From Candidatus Amesbacteria bacterium RIFCSPLOWO2_01_FULL_48_25 (GTDB lineage: Bacteria > Patescibacteriota > Microgenomatia > CAZETR01 > Amesbacteraceae): a DNA stretch of 64,000 bases. Below are positions 45,889-56,067 of the stretch, in pieces (position 1 is the stretch's first letter; each line of letters starts with the position of its first letter). The position numbers and the translations under genes are program-made. The notes under the pieces are model-generated. The model was given only the letters and a program-made list of their open reading frames with translations, made no database searches and had not been told where the DNA came from. The stretch covers positions 115,204-179,203 of the forward strand of contig MEXN01000007.1 of NCBI GenBank assembly GCA_001773695.1, given 5' to 3'.

Positions 45889-47374
45889 ATTGAGTCAAGA
45901 CCTGGGAAATGCCATTGTTTAGAGTCTTGATGGCACTTCCAGGAGAACCGCCATTGACTACATAGTTGACGGCGTCGGCAAAATATGTGGAGAGGCGGGA
46001 GTTGATACCGGAAGAACCATCAAAAGTGTGGGAGGCGATATACCAAGAATGAGAAATCGGGGCTTGGGAAATAATGGCACCTAAATAAGGTGAGCCTTGA
46101 ACTGAACTGGCCAGATCTACCCGGCTATAAGGCTCGCCAAAAGCCCGACCGGAAGAGGTGCTTTGCTGGAAGAATTTTTGTTGTCCATCTTTGGAGCTTA
46201 GGAATTTGATAAAATCCCATGCGGTCCCTTGCTGCGGGCTTTTTTTATTGACTGCTTCTACCCAGTAACTAGCCCAGGCGATAGGTTGTTCACCGCGGGA
46301 TGTGTCGACTGGAAGTTGGGGAATGGGATGGAGACTAAATTTAAGATTGGGGTTTTTGGACTGAATTTCAAAGACACGCCAAGAGGGGGCGAAATAAAAA
46401 CCGACCTTGCCGGCGGCAAATTGGGTAGTGGAACTGGGAAGGGTGGAGTTCCACATCCGGTCAAACTTGGCAAAATTGGTGTAGTAGGTGAGAACGTCTT
46501 CGGCGGCTTTACCGGAAGGGGAATTGAGATTGACTTTGTTTTGGAGCATGATGACGGACAAAATATCTTGCCAGTGATCGATGTTGTCAGCCGTTCCCAT
46601 CGCGGCGCCGGAAATGATAGGCCGGGATTTGGAAGTACAACTGCTATCGGGGGTGTCACACCTGGTCATGGCTTGGGCGGCAACGCGAAAGTCGTCCCAA
46701 TTTTGGGGTACTGAGTGGCCGGACCCACGCAGGAGATCGTCGTTGATGTACATGGCCAGTCCGTCGTATTCCAAGGGAATGGCCAGATACGAACTGCCTA
46801 ATCTCAAATCGGCCCGGGCGGTGGGGTAAAAAGTCGAGTCATACTCTTGGGGTGAGTAAATTTCCGGCGGAACCGGGGCTAGATCTGCCCGAAACATGGG
46901 AATCCAGGAGTTGTGAATGCGGAAAATGTCCGGGCCCTTCGACTGGCTCAAGGCGGCTTGGAGGCGTTCCCTGTATTCGGTAGGAGATTGCTGGGTATAT
47001 TCGATTTTGACTTTGGGGTGACTTGCTTGATATTCCTCTATTAGAGGTTTCATAACCGTGTCCGGCTCCCACAAGCCCCAATATTTAATGGTCTGGGAGG
47101 AGAGGGGGGAAGACTTAAGAAGAAAAAGGGCGGCGAACGCCCCCAGACCAACAACCAACAATCCTGCCAAAGCCAAAAATAGGGCTTTGGTGGGGAAGCG
47201 ACGGGAACTGACTACTTTGACTGGAGCTTGGGGAGTAGGTTGGGAAGCAGCATCTCGGGATGGAGGGGGCGGGGGGGGAGGAGTGGAACTGGATAGTCGG
47301 AAGGGTAAATTGGGTGATTGGTCCGGAGGAGGCGGAGCCGGTGGTACTAGGGTAGGAGGGGTGGTGATGTCCAT
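45854..47374 (-). CDS. Extracellular solute-binding protein (sugar ABC family 1-like), membrane anchored
   Basis: Pro-rich N-terminus, TM, YWGLWE, GPDIF, AIPLEYDGLAMYIN, AWDFIKFLSS. Confidence 0.85.
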   Translation of the reverse strand: MDITTPPTLVPPAPPPPDQSPNLPFRLSSSTPPPPPPPSRDAASQPTPQAPVKVVSSRRFPTKALFLALAGLLVVGLGAFAALFLLKSSPLSSQTIKYWGLWEPDTVMKPLIEEYQASHPKVKIEYTQQSPTEYRERLQAALSQSKGPDIFRIHNSWIPMFRADLAPVPPEIYSPQEYDSTFYPTARADLRLGSSYLAIPLEYDGLAMYINDDLLRGSGHSVPQNWDDFRVAAQAMTRCDTPDSSCTSKSRPIISGAAMGTADNIDHWQDILSVIMLQNKVNLNSPSGKAAEDVLTYYTNFAKFDRMWNSTLPSSTTQFAAGKVGFYFAPSWRVFEIQSKNPNLKFSLHPIPQLPVDTSRGEQPIAWASYWVEAVNKKSPQQGTAWDFIKFLSSKDGQQKFFQQSTSSGRAFGEPYSRVDLASSVQGSPYLGAIISQAPISHSWYIASHTFDGSSGINSRLSTYFADAVNYVVNGGSPGSAIKTLNNGISQVLTQYGLIVAPPTQK

Positions 47375-47426
47375 AGTAATGCCAAGTATATACTAACAAT
47401 AGTTGAATTATAATTGCTAGTGAATT

Positions 47427-49169
47427 ATGGGTTTGACTAAAATTAAGTTTTTGATTGCAGCTACAGTAGTTTTGGGAGTGTTTTTGGGCCTGATGTTAGA
47501 GGGAGTTTATTGGGGGCGGGTAGCATGGGGGGTGAGAGTGGGAAGAGTAGAGGTGGGAGGAATGAAAACCGAGGAGGCAAGAGCTAAAATCTTAAACCAG
47601 TTGCGTGTCTCACAAATTGAGGTGGTCTGGGGAACGACAAAAACCGTCATCCCGGCAAATAGAATTGGTCTCTTGTACGAGCCGGATCGTTCTTGGCAAA
47701 AAGCGGTGAGTCTGGGTCATGATAAAGGAATTTTGGTTAATTGGAGCACCAGAGGGCGGGCACTTCGATGGGGGATGGTAGTCGATCCGGTTTTTACCTT
47801 GGATGAGAATCGCCTGGCGGGAGAGATTGCCAGTATCGCCTCATATATCAATATTCCGGCGGTGGAGCCAGAAATTCAGATAGAGACTTTTGGAAAAACC
47901 AAAAGAGTGAATGTGAGTCTGGGGGAAAACGGGCAAGAAGTGGACGAGCAAAAATTGATTTCCCGAGTCCGGGCGGTTGTTGCCGCTGGAGATAATGAGG
48001 AAATAGAAATACCTATTGTACGAATTACGCCAAAATTGTCAGACGATGAAGCTAAAACGGTTTTAACCCGGGCTGAGAAAATCGTCGATAGGATGGTTGA
48101 AGTAAAGTTTGACGAGCTGGCGTTGAAGTGGGATATCGGCGATGAAGAACTAACCAAGTGGATAGACGCAGGGGGCGGATGGAAGAGACCGCTTATAGAA
48201 CTTTGGGGGCAACAGTTGGCCCAGAATGTGGATCGACCGGCACAAAACGCTCAATTACATTTTGTCAGGCCCGGCAGGGTAGAGGAATTTAAGCCCGGCC
48301 GGGATGGGTATCGGGTGGATCAATTGGGGCTGACTGCCAATATCGAGGCGGCCTTAACTCGGCTTCTTTCTGGCAGCCCAAAAGAGGTGGTGGACTTGCC
48401 GGTGGAGAGGACAGCTCCAGAAGTCAAAACCGGGGACGCCAACAATTTGGGGATAAAAGAGCTAATCGGCCGGGGAGAATCGTGGTTCGTAGGATCGATT
48501 ACCAACAGAATTTATAACCTGCAAAAGGCGGCCGCCGAAATAAACGGGGTATTGGTAGCGCCGGGGGAAACGTTTTCATTTAACCAGACTGTGGGAGATA
48601 TATCGTCGGCGACTGGGTACAGACAAGCTTACATCATTAAAGAAGGTAGAACTATATTGGGAGACGGAGGCGGAGTGTGCCAGGTGTCCTCTACTCTATT
48701 TCGAGCAGTCCTTTCGGCCGGACTACCAATTGAGGCGCGAACGGCCCATGCTTTCCGGGTGTCTTATTACGAAGTCAAATACCAACCAGGGTTTGACGCC
48801 ACAGTATTTCAACCGGAACCGGACTTTAAATTCAGAAACGATACGCAGGGGCATATCTTGATCCAGACGGTATATGATGAGAAGACTAAATATCTGGCAT
48901 TTGAAATATACGGCACGTCTGACGGCAGGAAAGTGGAGATTTCCAAAGCCAGGATTTGGGATGTGGTGGCACCGCCTCCGGACTTGTACCAGGATGATCC
49001 AACCTTGGCAGTGGGAGTGGTCAGGGAAGTTGAGCACAAGGCGTGGGGGGCTAAGGTGGCTTTTGATTGGAAAGTGACTCGGGGGGAGGAAATGTTGCAG
49101 GAGCGAACCTTCTATTCCAACTACCGCCCCTGGCAGGCCGTGTTTTTGCGAGGAACGAAGACTAATTAA
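47427..49169 (+). CDS. VanW-family protein with putative peptidoglycan-binding repeats
   Basis: FSFNQTVG, GGGVCQVSSTLFRA, DATV, DFKFRN. Confidence 0.9.
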   Translation: MGLTKIKFLIAATVVLGVFLGLMLEGVYWGRVAWGVRVGRVEVGGMKTEEARAKILNQLRVSQIEVVWGTTKTVIPANRIGLLYEPDRSWQKAVSLGHDKGILVNWSTRGRALRWGMVVDPVFTLDENRLAGEIASIASYINIPAVEPEIQIETFGKTKRVNVSLGENGQEVDEQKLISRVRAVVAAGDNEEIEIPIVRITPKLSDDEAKTVLTRAEKIVDRMVEVKFDELALKWDIGDEELTKWIDAGGGWKRPLIELWGQQLAQNVDRPAQNAQLHFVRPGRVEEFKPGRDGYRVDQLGLTANIEAALTRLLSGSPKEVVDLPVERTAPEVKTGDANNLGIKELIGRGESWFVGSITNRIYNLQKAAAEINGVLVAPGETFSFNQTVGDISSATGYRQAYIIKEGRTILGDGGGVCQVSSTLFRAVLSAGLPIEARTAHAFRVSYYEVKYQPGFDATVFQPEPDFKFRNDTQGHILIQTVYDEKTKYLAFEIYGTSDGRKVEISKARIWDVVAPPPDLYQDDPTLAVGVVREVEHKAWGAKVAFDWKVTRGEEMLQERTFYSNYRPWQAVFLRGTKTN

Positions 49170-49818
49170 TAAATTCAAAAGTTGATAAAATCTGTTCGAG
49201 AATTTCGAAGGCTTCTTTTTGATCGGCTGCGGCTAGATCCCCTTCTTTCGGATCGCTCCTGTCACCGCTTTCAAAATATCGTAAATTGACCTCAAAACAG
49301 TTATCGCCAATGTCTTTGAAGACCTTGTAACCTTGGTTTGCGTTGTGTGTTCCGGCTGCACCTCCACTATCTTTGTCAGAATAATAAAACGCGTTCTCAT
49401 TTATCATTTTGAACTTGGTCAAGGGAGAGCTGTCATTCGTCTTGATATAACATGCGGTGGGGGTGTTAAGATTGGGAATTTGCTGGATCTGAAATATATA
49501 TCTCGTGCCCAGATTGTAACCGGGAAAGGATTTTCGTTTTTCAACGGCGAGCAGCGTTTCGGGAAAATCTGACCCCTCACCACTATTCTCAACTAGAATT
49601 TTGAAGTCACTGGGGAAGAGGACCGAAATTCCGAAGTGATTGTTGGTAAATGTCTGCCAATCGGACGCGGGACTGGCCATGGGAGAAGGGGTGGATCTCG
49701 GGGCCATAAATTTGCCCCAGGCGAAAACTGCAAGGAAGGAGGCGAGAAAGAGAACCAAAATGAAGAGAATTATATATCTTGGAGCAGTTCGTAGTTCCAT
49801 GACGAGATCTGACTGCAT
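49162..49818 (-). CDS. Hypothetical membrane-anchored protein
   Basis: TM, WQTFTN..G.S..FP, ends ILSTFEF. Confidence 0.65.
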   Translation of the reverse strand: MQSDLVMELRTAPRYIILFILVLFLASFLAVFAWGKFMAPRSTPSPMASPASDWQTFTNNHFGISVLFPSDFKILVENSGEGSDFPETLLAVEKRKSFPGYNLGTRYIFQIQQIPNLNTPTACYIKTNDSSPLTKFKMINENAFYYSDKDSGGAAGTHNANQGYKVFKDIGDNCFEVNLRYFESGDRSDPKEGDLAAADQKEAFEILEQILSTFEFIN

Positions 49819-49893
49819 TGTACCACTAATTAGAAAGTTGTGAGGAGTGGGGAAAAGATTGGTAAGAAGTTGTAAAAACAGGTAAAAATAGCT

Positions 49894-50505
49894 TCAGATG
49901 AGTAAATCTTCGCGAAATACGACTTGAGGGTCCCAGTCGGTGTGGAACCGATGCATACACTCTTTCAGATGGTCAAAAACTGCCCGATTGCCACATACAT
50001 GAGCAAGGTCAAGTGGCGACAAGCTCTCGATCTGGGCTATAGTTTGGATACCTTGGCGAACGAGACTCATATACAAAAAGTGGTTGGGGATGAGAGTTTC
50101 GATAGCATCTGGGCCCACAAGGCTGCGGCGACGGATTTTTGCCAAACCGAGAAGAAGATGGTATCTAAACCGGCGAGGCCGGGGGTCCCCCGTGACCTGA
50201 GCTGAGACTTCTTCTTGAGTGAGCCATCGGGCCGATTGTCCTTGAGGAAATAAATATAGCTTGACTTGAGTGACTGTGGAGGGTGGAAGTACTTCCTCCA
50301 GACCAAAGTGTCCATTCTCCATGGTCTGACGGAGCCAGGAGTTAAGTCGGCCACGAAACCCTAGGTCTAAAGAGTGGTAGCGATGTTCAAAAACCGAGGG
50401 GAGAGTTGAAACAACATTTTGGGGCTGGGGAAATCTGGGTCGGATTTTATCGGTCCGGTTGAGCAATTCATCAAAACCTGGAAGAGATTTTTGTTCGGCC
50501 GTCAT
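49894..50505 (-). CDS. Hypothetical protein, possible sigma region-4-like HTH + RNAP alpha-CTD-like domain
   Basis: LTQEEVS..RRFRYHLLLGLAKIRR, then IETL..LYMSLVRQGIQTIAQI..LSPLDL. Confidence 0.5.
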   Translation of the reverse strand: MTAEQKSLPGFDELLNRTDKIRPRFPQPQNVVSTLPSVFEHRYHSLDLGFRGRLNSWLRQTMENGHFGLEEVLPPSTVTQVKLYLFPQGQSARWLTQEEVSAQVTGDPRPRRFRYHLLLGLAKIRRRSLVGPDAIETLIPNHFLYMSLVRQGIQTIAQIESLSPLDLAHVCGNRAVFDHLKECMHRFHTDWDPQVVFREDLLI

Positions 50506-50540
50506 GATTAAAGCTCTCGTGCGAGAGTATAATCCTCCCT

Positions 50541-50984
50541 ATGATTTCGACGCAAATATACAAGCAAAGCGAGCTGGCGAACGTAGCTAAAAAGGTATTA
50601 CTAATGAGGCCTAATATAATAGCTTTGGAGGGGCCGATGGGAGCCGGTAAAACGACATTGACAAAAGTGTTGGCTAGAACGCTGGGGATAAAAGAGGAAA
50701 TCGTCTCCCCTACTTTCGTCCTGCACCGACCGTATTCTGGAAAAAATGGAATTACTTTTAATCATATTGACTGTTGGAGAATGGAGAAGTTCGGAGAACT
50801 GCAACATATTGGTTTGCAAAAGATGATTGGGGAAAAATCGACTATCGTGATCGAGTGGGCGGATAGGTTTGAGAAAGAGATTAAGAGATTAAGTAAGAAA
50901 GAGATTAAGTTGGTTTGGGTAAAAATTGAATATGGGGAAAAAAAGAATGAAAGGAGGATAAGTTATGAAGATATTGGCTATTGA
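50541..50984 (+). CDS. tsaE: tRNA t6A biosynthesis ATPase TsaE
   Basis: GPMGAGKTT, SPTF, HIDCWR, IEWA. Confidence 0.93.
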   Translation: MISTQIYKQSELANVAKKVLLMRPNIIALEGPMGAGKTTLTKVLARTLGIKEEIVSPTFVLHRPYSGKNGITFNHIDCWRMEKFGELQHIGLQKMIGEKSTIVIEWADRFEKEIKRLSKKEIKLVWVKIEYGEKKNERRISYEDIGY

Positions 50985-51993
50985 GACGAGCTGTGATGAG
51001 ACGGCAGCGGCGGTGACTGAGGGAACCGAAATCCTGTCGAGTGTGAAGTGGACACAGGAGATTCACAATCAATATGGCGGCGTGGTGCCTGCCCTTGCCA
51101 AGAGGGCACATGAGGAACGCATCGAGGAGATTATTAATGATGCTTTAAAGCGTTCAGAGACTAGCGTTCAGCGTCTAGGGGCGGTAGCTGTCACGGTCGG
51201 GCCTGGGCTGGCGATTGCGCTCGAGGTGGGTATTAAATGGGCGAGGAAACTGGCCGCCGATTGGCATAAACCGTTGATAGGAATAAATCACATCGAGGGT
51301 CATATACTGAGTGCTCTAAAAAAAGAGGTGACTTTCCCCTGCCAGGCCCTAGTAATCTCAGGTGGACATACGCAGGTAATTAGAGTTGATGGGATTGGAA
51401 AATATGAAATATTGGCGCAGAGCCTGGATGATGATATTGGGGAGGCGTTGGATAAAGGGGCGAGGATGTTGGGACTCCCCTACCCGGGTGGCCCAGCTTT
51501 GGAGAAGTTGGCGGCACAGGGAGATCCAATAAAATATAAACTGCCATTGCCTATGGCGGGGAGAGAAGGAAGGGCATTTAGTTATTCAGGGCTTAAGACG
51601 GCGTTTTACCGTCTAGTTACCCAGTTGCACAGTTACCCAGTTGCACAGTTTGAACCACAGGAAATTTCAGATCTGGCGGCGGGTTATCAAGCGATGGTGT
51701 TTAGACATTTAGTGAGAACCCTTAAAGTGAATGTTCAAAATTCAATGTTCAATGTTCATGACCTTTTGGTGGGGGGTGGGGTGGCAGCAAATATGAAGTT
51801 GAGGGACGAGATTAAGAAATTAAGCAATGAAGTCAGCTTAAACGTTCATTACCCAGCTAATTTAATGCTGTGCACGGATAATGCGGCCATGATCGGAGTA
51901 GCGGCGGGATTTAAGGCGAAAAGGGGCGAGTTTACTGACCCGGAGAGAATTGATCGTCTGCCGAGGTGGAGGGTGGACGAAATTTCCTCTTAA
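50965..51993 (+). CDS. tsaD: tRNA N6-threonylcarbamoyltransferase TsaD
   Basis: IETSCDET, GGVVP, HIEGH, SGGHT, YPGGP, TDNAAMI. Confidence 0.96.
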   Translation: MKILAIETSCDETAAAVTEGTEILSSVKWTQEIHNQYGGVVPALAKRAHEERIEEIINDALKRSETSVQRLGAVAVTVGPGLAIALEVGIKWARKLAADWHKPLIGINHIEGHILSALKKEVTFPCQALVISGGHTQVIRVDGIGKYEILAQSLDDDIGEALDKGARMLGLPYPGGPALEKLAAQGDPIKYKLPLPMAGREGRAFSYSGLKTAFYRLVTQLHSYPVAQFEPQEISDLAAGYQAMVFRHLVRTLKVNVQNSMFNVHDLLVGGGVAANMKLRDEIKKLSNEVSLNVHYPANLMLCTDNAAMIGVAAGFKAKRGEFTDPERIDRLPRWRVDEISS

Positions 51994-52028
51994 GTTGCAT
52001 GTTAGAACTCCTGTGTTAGTATTGCGCT

Positions 52029-52594
52029 ATGGCGACGGAGTCGGGTCAGGATGGCAGTAATCAAAGCGACATTGCAAGACGTGGATTCATGCTTGTTTAC
52101 GCTCCATCTATTATTCCGTTTTTGGAGGTTCCTTCTCGTCCTGGCCACAATTTGTTGTTTGCAGTCGGCACTTGGAGATTGGAAGTTCCCTTTACAACCT
52201 GGGCTCCAGGAGTATTAAACTTGCTGAGCAATTGGGTTGATAGGATGAAGTAGGTTGTGATAGAGTCTCCGGGCTCGCCAAAAATTACCTTCGGGCTCAT
52301 TGTAGCTGGCCTCTCGAGTAGATATAATCGAGGGTGTTTTGTATGGAGATACCAAGAAGAATTATCATGCTACTTGCTCGTGCGACTAGGGCGACGGATG
52401 TGGCAGGCGGGTCAAGTGTGCCTACAGACATTCCGACCAGCAGCTTGATTAGTAATCTTAGCCATGCGTGCTTTGAAGATGGTCCGTGGCCCGCTGATAT
52501 GTTGATTATATCGAGTTCTGGATCAGTATCTATTGAATTGGACCCTAAGCATCCAATTCATTATGCCGATACAGAGATCGGTCGCGATGACTGA
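52029..52594 (+). pseudogene. Possible degraded hypothetical gene (or short ORFs)
   Basis: Leaderless ATG 52029; frame continues past TAG 52251-52253 to 52448; overlapping frame runs to 52594. Confidence 0.3.
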
Positions 52595-54785
52595 TATGGA
52601 TAAAAACTACGATCACCGGAAACACGAGAGGGAGATTTATGAGAAATGGGAGCCCTACTTCACCCCCTCCTTCGCCAAGGCTTCGGAGGGCAAGCCGTAT
52701 ACGATCTTGATGCCGCCCCCGAACGCGAATGCGTCGCTGCATGCCGGGCATGCGATGTACACAATCGACGACATAGTGATTCGATGGAAGAGGATGCAAG
52801 GATTTTCTTCCGTGTGGATTCCGGGGATTGATCATGCAGGGTTTGAAACGCAATTTGTGTACGAAAAAGAATTGGCTAAGAAGGGTAAATCCAGGTTTGA
52901 TTTTGATAGACAAACTTTTTATGAAAACGTATATAAATTTGTGGAAAAAAATTCCGGTTTGATCTACGAACAGTTTAAACAACTTGGGTTTTCGGCTGAT
53001 TGGGACAGAAGTGTGTTCACTTTAGATAAAAACGTCATAAGTCAGGTGTTTGAAACTTTTTCCAGATTGGAGAGGGAAGGAAAAGTTTACAGAGACGAAT
53101 ACATCGTCAACTATTGCACCCATTGCGGTACATCGTTGGCTGAACTGGAAGTAGAGCATGAGGAAAGAAACGATCCGCTTTACTATATGAAATACGGCCC
53201 ATTTGTATTGGCTACAGTGAGACCGGAAACCAAATTTGGCGATACTGCAGTGGCAATTAATCCAAAAGACACAAGGTATCAAAAGTATGTGGGGCAAGTA
53301 ATAGAGGTGGAGGGGTTAATTGGTAAGTTTAGGGTGAAAGTGATCGCCGATGATGCAGTGGAGCAGAAATTCGGAACTGGGGTCGTTAAAGTGACGCCTG
53401 CTCATGATCCAAATGATTTTGAAATGGGCAAGCGACACGGATTGGAGATAAAACAGGTAATTGGTTTGGATGGAAAATTGAATGATAAAACAGGACCATA
53501 CAGAGGGTTAAAAGTAAATGAGGCTAGAAAACGGGTGGTTGAGGATTTATATAAGGCGGGGTTGATAGATAGGGTTGATGAAACTTACAAACATTCGGTT
53601 GGTGTGTGTTACCGCTGCAAAAGAACGGTTGAGCCGATGGTTGTCCCAAATTGGTTTATTAAAGTTGACGAACTTAAAGGTCCGGTCATAGAAGCGGTGA
53701 AAAACGACAGGGTGAAGTTTTATCCAAAAAGATTTAAGAAACAAATGTTGAATTGGCTGGAAATAATGCACGACTGGCCAATATCGAGGCAAATTGCTTG
53801 GGGAATAAGAATTCCGGTCTGGTACGAAGTGACTGATCAAGCCAATTTGTATGCCGTTTGGCTAGATAAAAACGGCCAAAAACAGGAGGGGCTGGTGTAT
53901 AAATATAAAGATCGCTTAGCCGAAATAGAGGCGGGGTTGCAAAAAGTTACGGCTGTGACCGGACCCAGTGGGCCGAAATACAAAGTGTCCGCCAACAAAC
54001 CCGGAGACAACTATTTGCCGGAGACCGACACTTTTGACACTTGGTTTTCATCGGGTCAGTGGCCGTTGGTTACGCTTAAAAAAGATGAGTTTGATACAAG
54101 ATTTCCTACGGACATGATGGGAACTCTTGCTGATATTTTAAAGTTTTGGGTTTCTAGGATGATAATGTTTAGTTTATACCTGAAGAACGAAGTCCCCTTT
54201 AAGGATGTTTACTTGTGGTCGATGGTTGCGGATACAAAAGGAGTGAAGATGAGTAAAAGTAAAGGCAATGTGGTTAATCCTATTGATTTGGTTAACAAAT
54301 ATGGCGCTGATGCGTTGAGGGTGGCTTTGGTGTATGGTGTGGCTCCGGGGAGCAAAATTCCATTATCCGAAGAGAAAGTCAGGGGAATGAGAAATTTTGC
54401 CAATAAGATTTGGAATATTGCCAGATTCGTAGAATCTGCAAACCACAGTTCTCAAACCGCAAATCCCGTTGAAGACGATAATTGGATAATGGACGAATTG
54501 AATAAACTGATTAAGTCAGTGACTGTCAGTTTAGAGAAATATAGATTCAATGATGCGGCAGAGAGTATGTATGAATTCGTGTGGCATAAGTTTGCGGATG
54601 TGTATATTGAGAAGGTTAAGGGCCGAAAAGAAGGGGCGTCCCCCACTCTGCGTCACGTCTTGATTACTTGTTTGAAACTCCTACATCCGTTCATGCCGTT
54701 TGTAACTGAGGCGATTTGGTGGGAAATAAAAGATTTAAGGAAATACCCAGATGAGATGTTGATTACAACAGCGTGGCCAGAATAG
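52587..54785 (+). CDS. valS: Valine--tRNA ligase
   Basis: PPPN..LHAGH, DHAG, TVRPET, GTGVVKVTPAHDPND, DWPISRQ, DTWFSS, KMSKS; start 52587 or 52596. Confidence 0.96.
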   Translation: MTDMDKNYDHRKHEREIYEKWEPYFTPSFAKASEGKPYTILMPPPNANASLHAGHAMYTIDDIVIRWKRMQGFSSVWIPGIDHAGFETQFVYEKELAKKGKSRFDFDRQTFYENVYKFVEKNSGLIYEQFKQLGFSADWDRSVFTLDKNVISQVFETFSRLEREGKVYRDEYIVNYCTHCGTSLAELEVEHEERNDPLYYMKYGPFVLATVRPETKFGDTAVAINPKDTRYQKYVGQVIEVEGLIGKFRVKVIADDAVEQKFGTGVVKVTPAHDPNDFEMGKRHGLEIKQVIGLDGKLNDKTGPYRGLKVNEARKRVVEDLYKAGLIDRVDETYKHSVGVCYRCKRTVEPMVVPNWFIKVDELKGPVIEAVKNDRVKFYPKRFKKQMLNWLEIMHDWPISRQIAWGIRIPVWYEVTDQANLYAVWLDKNGQKQEGLVYKYKDRLAEIEAGLQKVTAVTGPSGPKYKVSANKPGDNYLPETDTFDTWFSSGQWPLVTLKKDEFDTRFPTDMMGTLADILKFWVSRMIMFSLYLKNEVPFKDVYLWSMVADTKGVKMSKSKGNVVNPIDLVNKYGADALRVALVYGVAPGSKIPLSEEKVRGMRNFANKIWNIARFVESANHSSQTANPVEDDNWIMDELNKLIKSVTVSLEKYRFNDAAESMYEFVWHKFADVYIEKVKGRKEGASPTLRHVLITCLKLLHPFMPFVTEAIWWEIKDLRKYPDEMLITTAWPE
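52665..52694 (+). repeat. In-frame hairpin element CCCTCCTTCGCCAAGGCTTCGGAGGGCAAG (PSFAKASEGK)
   Basis: CCCTCC..GGAGGG stem in the valS N-terminal loop. Confidence 0.75.
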
Positions 54786-55032
54786 GTTTTGTTTTTTCTC
54801 CCATGAGTCGGGCCCTTTTCTGAGTTTTGAGTTGGGTAATTCGTGCAGCCATTGTGTCCAGTGCATCAAAGACTTGTTTTTCATCGACTTTTTTAACTAA
54901 GTCGTCTTGGGCATTTGTGGATTATTGCTCGTATGGTTTGGCGTCTTCCAGAGCTTTGTCTACTACTTTACCGATGGCGACATCTTCGGAATGAATCCGC
55001 AAGTCTTCGGGGTTGATGTTTTGCCTTGGCAC
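54763..55032 (-). pseudogene. Hypothetical 89-codon ORF with one internal TAA
   Basis: GTG overlapping the upstream TAG; MPRQNINPEDL..KPYEQ*STNAQDDLVKK..ATLL*; stop at 54922-54924. Confidence 0.45.
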
Positions 55033-55397
55033 TAGGTGATTTTGGATTTTACTTCGACGTTAATGGGGCGGAGGAGTTGGATGCCGAGAGTGCTGAGTTT
55101 AAAGCCGACCATGACCAAAAAGCTCATAAGAAAATAGTGGAACGAGATGTTGGAGATGGTGTTGATGGTCTCGGCTGACATGATCTCGGTTTTTACGGCT
55201 TCTTTCGGCTTGACTCCAGTTTGGGAGTAGACCGCCTGAGACAAATCGATGCTGATGCCTGGAGAGTTAAACAATTCCACCGGTTTGGCCTTTTTGGTGA
55301 AAACCTGATAGATGCTGAAGGAGGATAGGCCAATAGTCAGTAGGCCAGTGATCAGTAATAGATAGCCGGTGACTTTTTCGGACAGAAATTTAGGCAT
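55032..55397 (-). CDS. Hypothetical 2-TM membrane protein
   Basis: Overlaps the rplY stop; two hydrophobic helices. Confidence 0.7.
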   Translation of the reverse strand: MPKFLSEKVTGYLLLITGLLTIGLSSFSIYQVFTKKAKPVELFNSPGISIDLSQAVYSQTGVKPKEAVKTEIMSAETINTISNISFHYFLMSFLVMVGFKLSTLGIQLLRPINVEVKSKIT

Positions 55398-56067
55398 TGG
55401 GTTTGGCTTCTGGTTTGGTTTGTTCGGTGGTTTCAGTTGGTGTAGGCGTCTCCCCTCCTCCCTCGGTTGGGGCAGCCTCTACTGGGGGCGCTTCTACTTT
55501 CTCTTCTTTGGCCAAGGGCTCGATTTTGGCAATAATGGTCTCAGGGTTAGTCTTGAGAACTAGTTTGGCAGATAATTTGACATCAAGCGCATAAATGGCC
55601 TGGTTGACTTCGGTTAGAGAGGTGACGTCTGCATCGAGATGGTCCGGCATGTCCGTGGGGAGTCCTTCAATTTCTACCTCATCTTGTTGTTGAACCAGAA
55701 TGCCCAGTCCGTCTTTTTCGGCCGGGGCCTCTCCGGTTAGTTTGACGGATACCGGAACAGTAACTTTTTGCTTAAGATCTACCTGGTGGAATGCGATGTG
55801 AAGAATTTGCGCACTTGTGGGGTGATAAATGACCTGTGATACCAAAACCGGACGATTTTCTTTCTCTCCTTCTACTTGGAGATAAAGCAGGGTAGACTCC
55901 CCTACTTCCCGATAAACTTTCTGAAAGTCCTTGGTGTTTAGCTGAACATTTAGGGAGGGGATTTTCTTACCAAAAATATTTGCCGGAACTAACGCTTGTG
56001 ATCTTAAAGTTTTGACTTTCCGACCGAGAATTGTTCGTGGTTGAACAGAGAGTTGTGGCTTATTCAT
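55390..56067 (-). CDS. rplY: 50S ribosomal protein L25/Ctc
   Basis: R..LGRKVKTLR..VPANIFG, HIAF.QVDL, LPTDMP. Confidence 0.93.
   Translation of the reverse strand: MNKPQLSVQPRTILGRKVKTLRSQALVPANIFGKKIPSLNVQLNTKDFQKVYREVGESTLLYLQVEGEKENRPVLVSQVIYHPTSAQILHIAFHQVDLKQKVTVPVSVKLTGEAPAEKDGLGILVQQQDEVEIEGLPTDMPDHLDADVTSLTEVNQAIYALDVKLSAKLVLKTNPETIIAKIEPLAKEEKVEAPPVEAAPTEGGGETPTPTETTEQTKPEAKPNA

Noticed and set aside
47427-49169. Vancomycin resistance locus
   Set aside because: VanW domain alone, with no vanHAX/vanRS nearby
51994-52586. Val-rich leader or T-box upstream of valS
   Set aside because: No Val-codon-cluster uORF or terminator found
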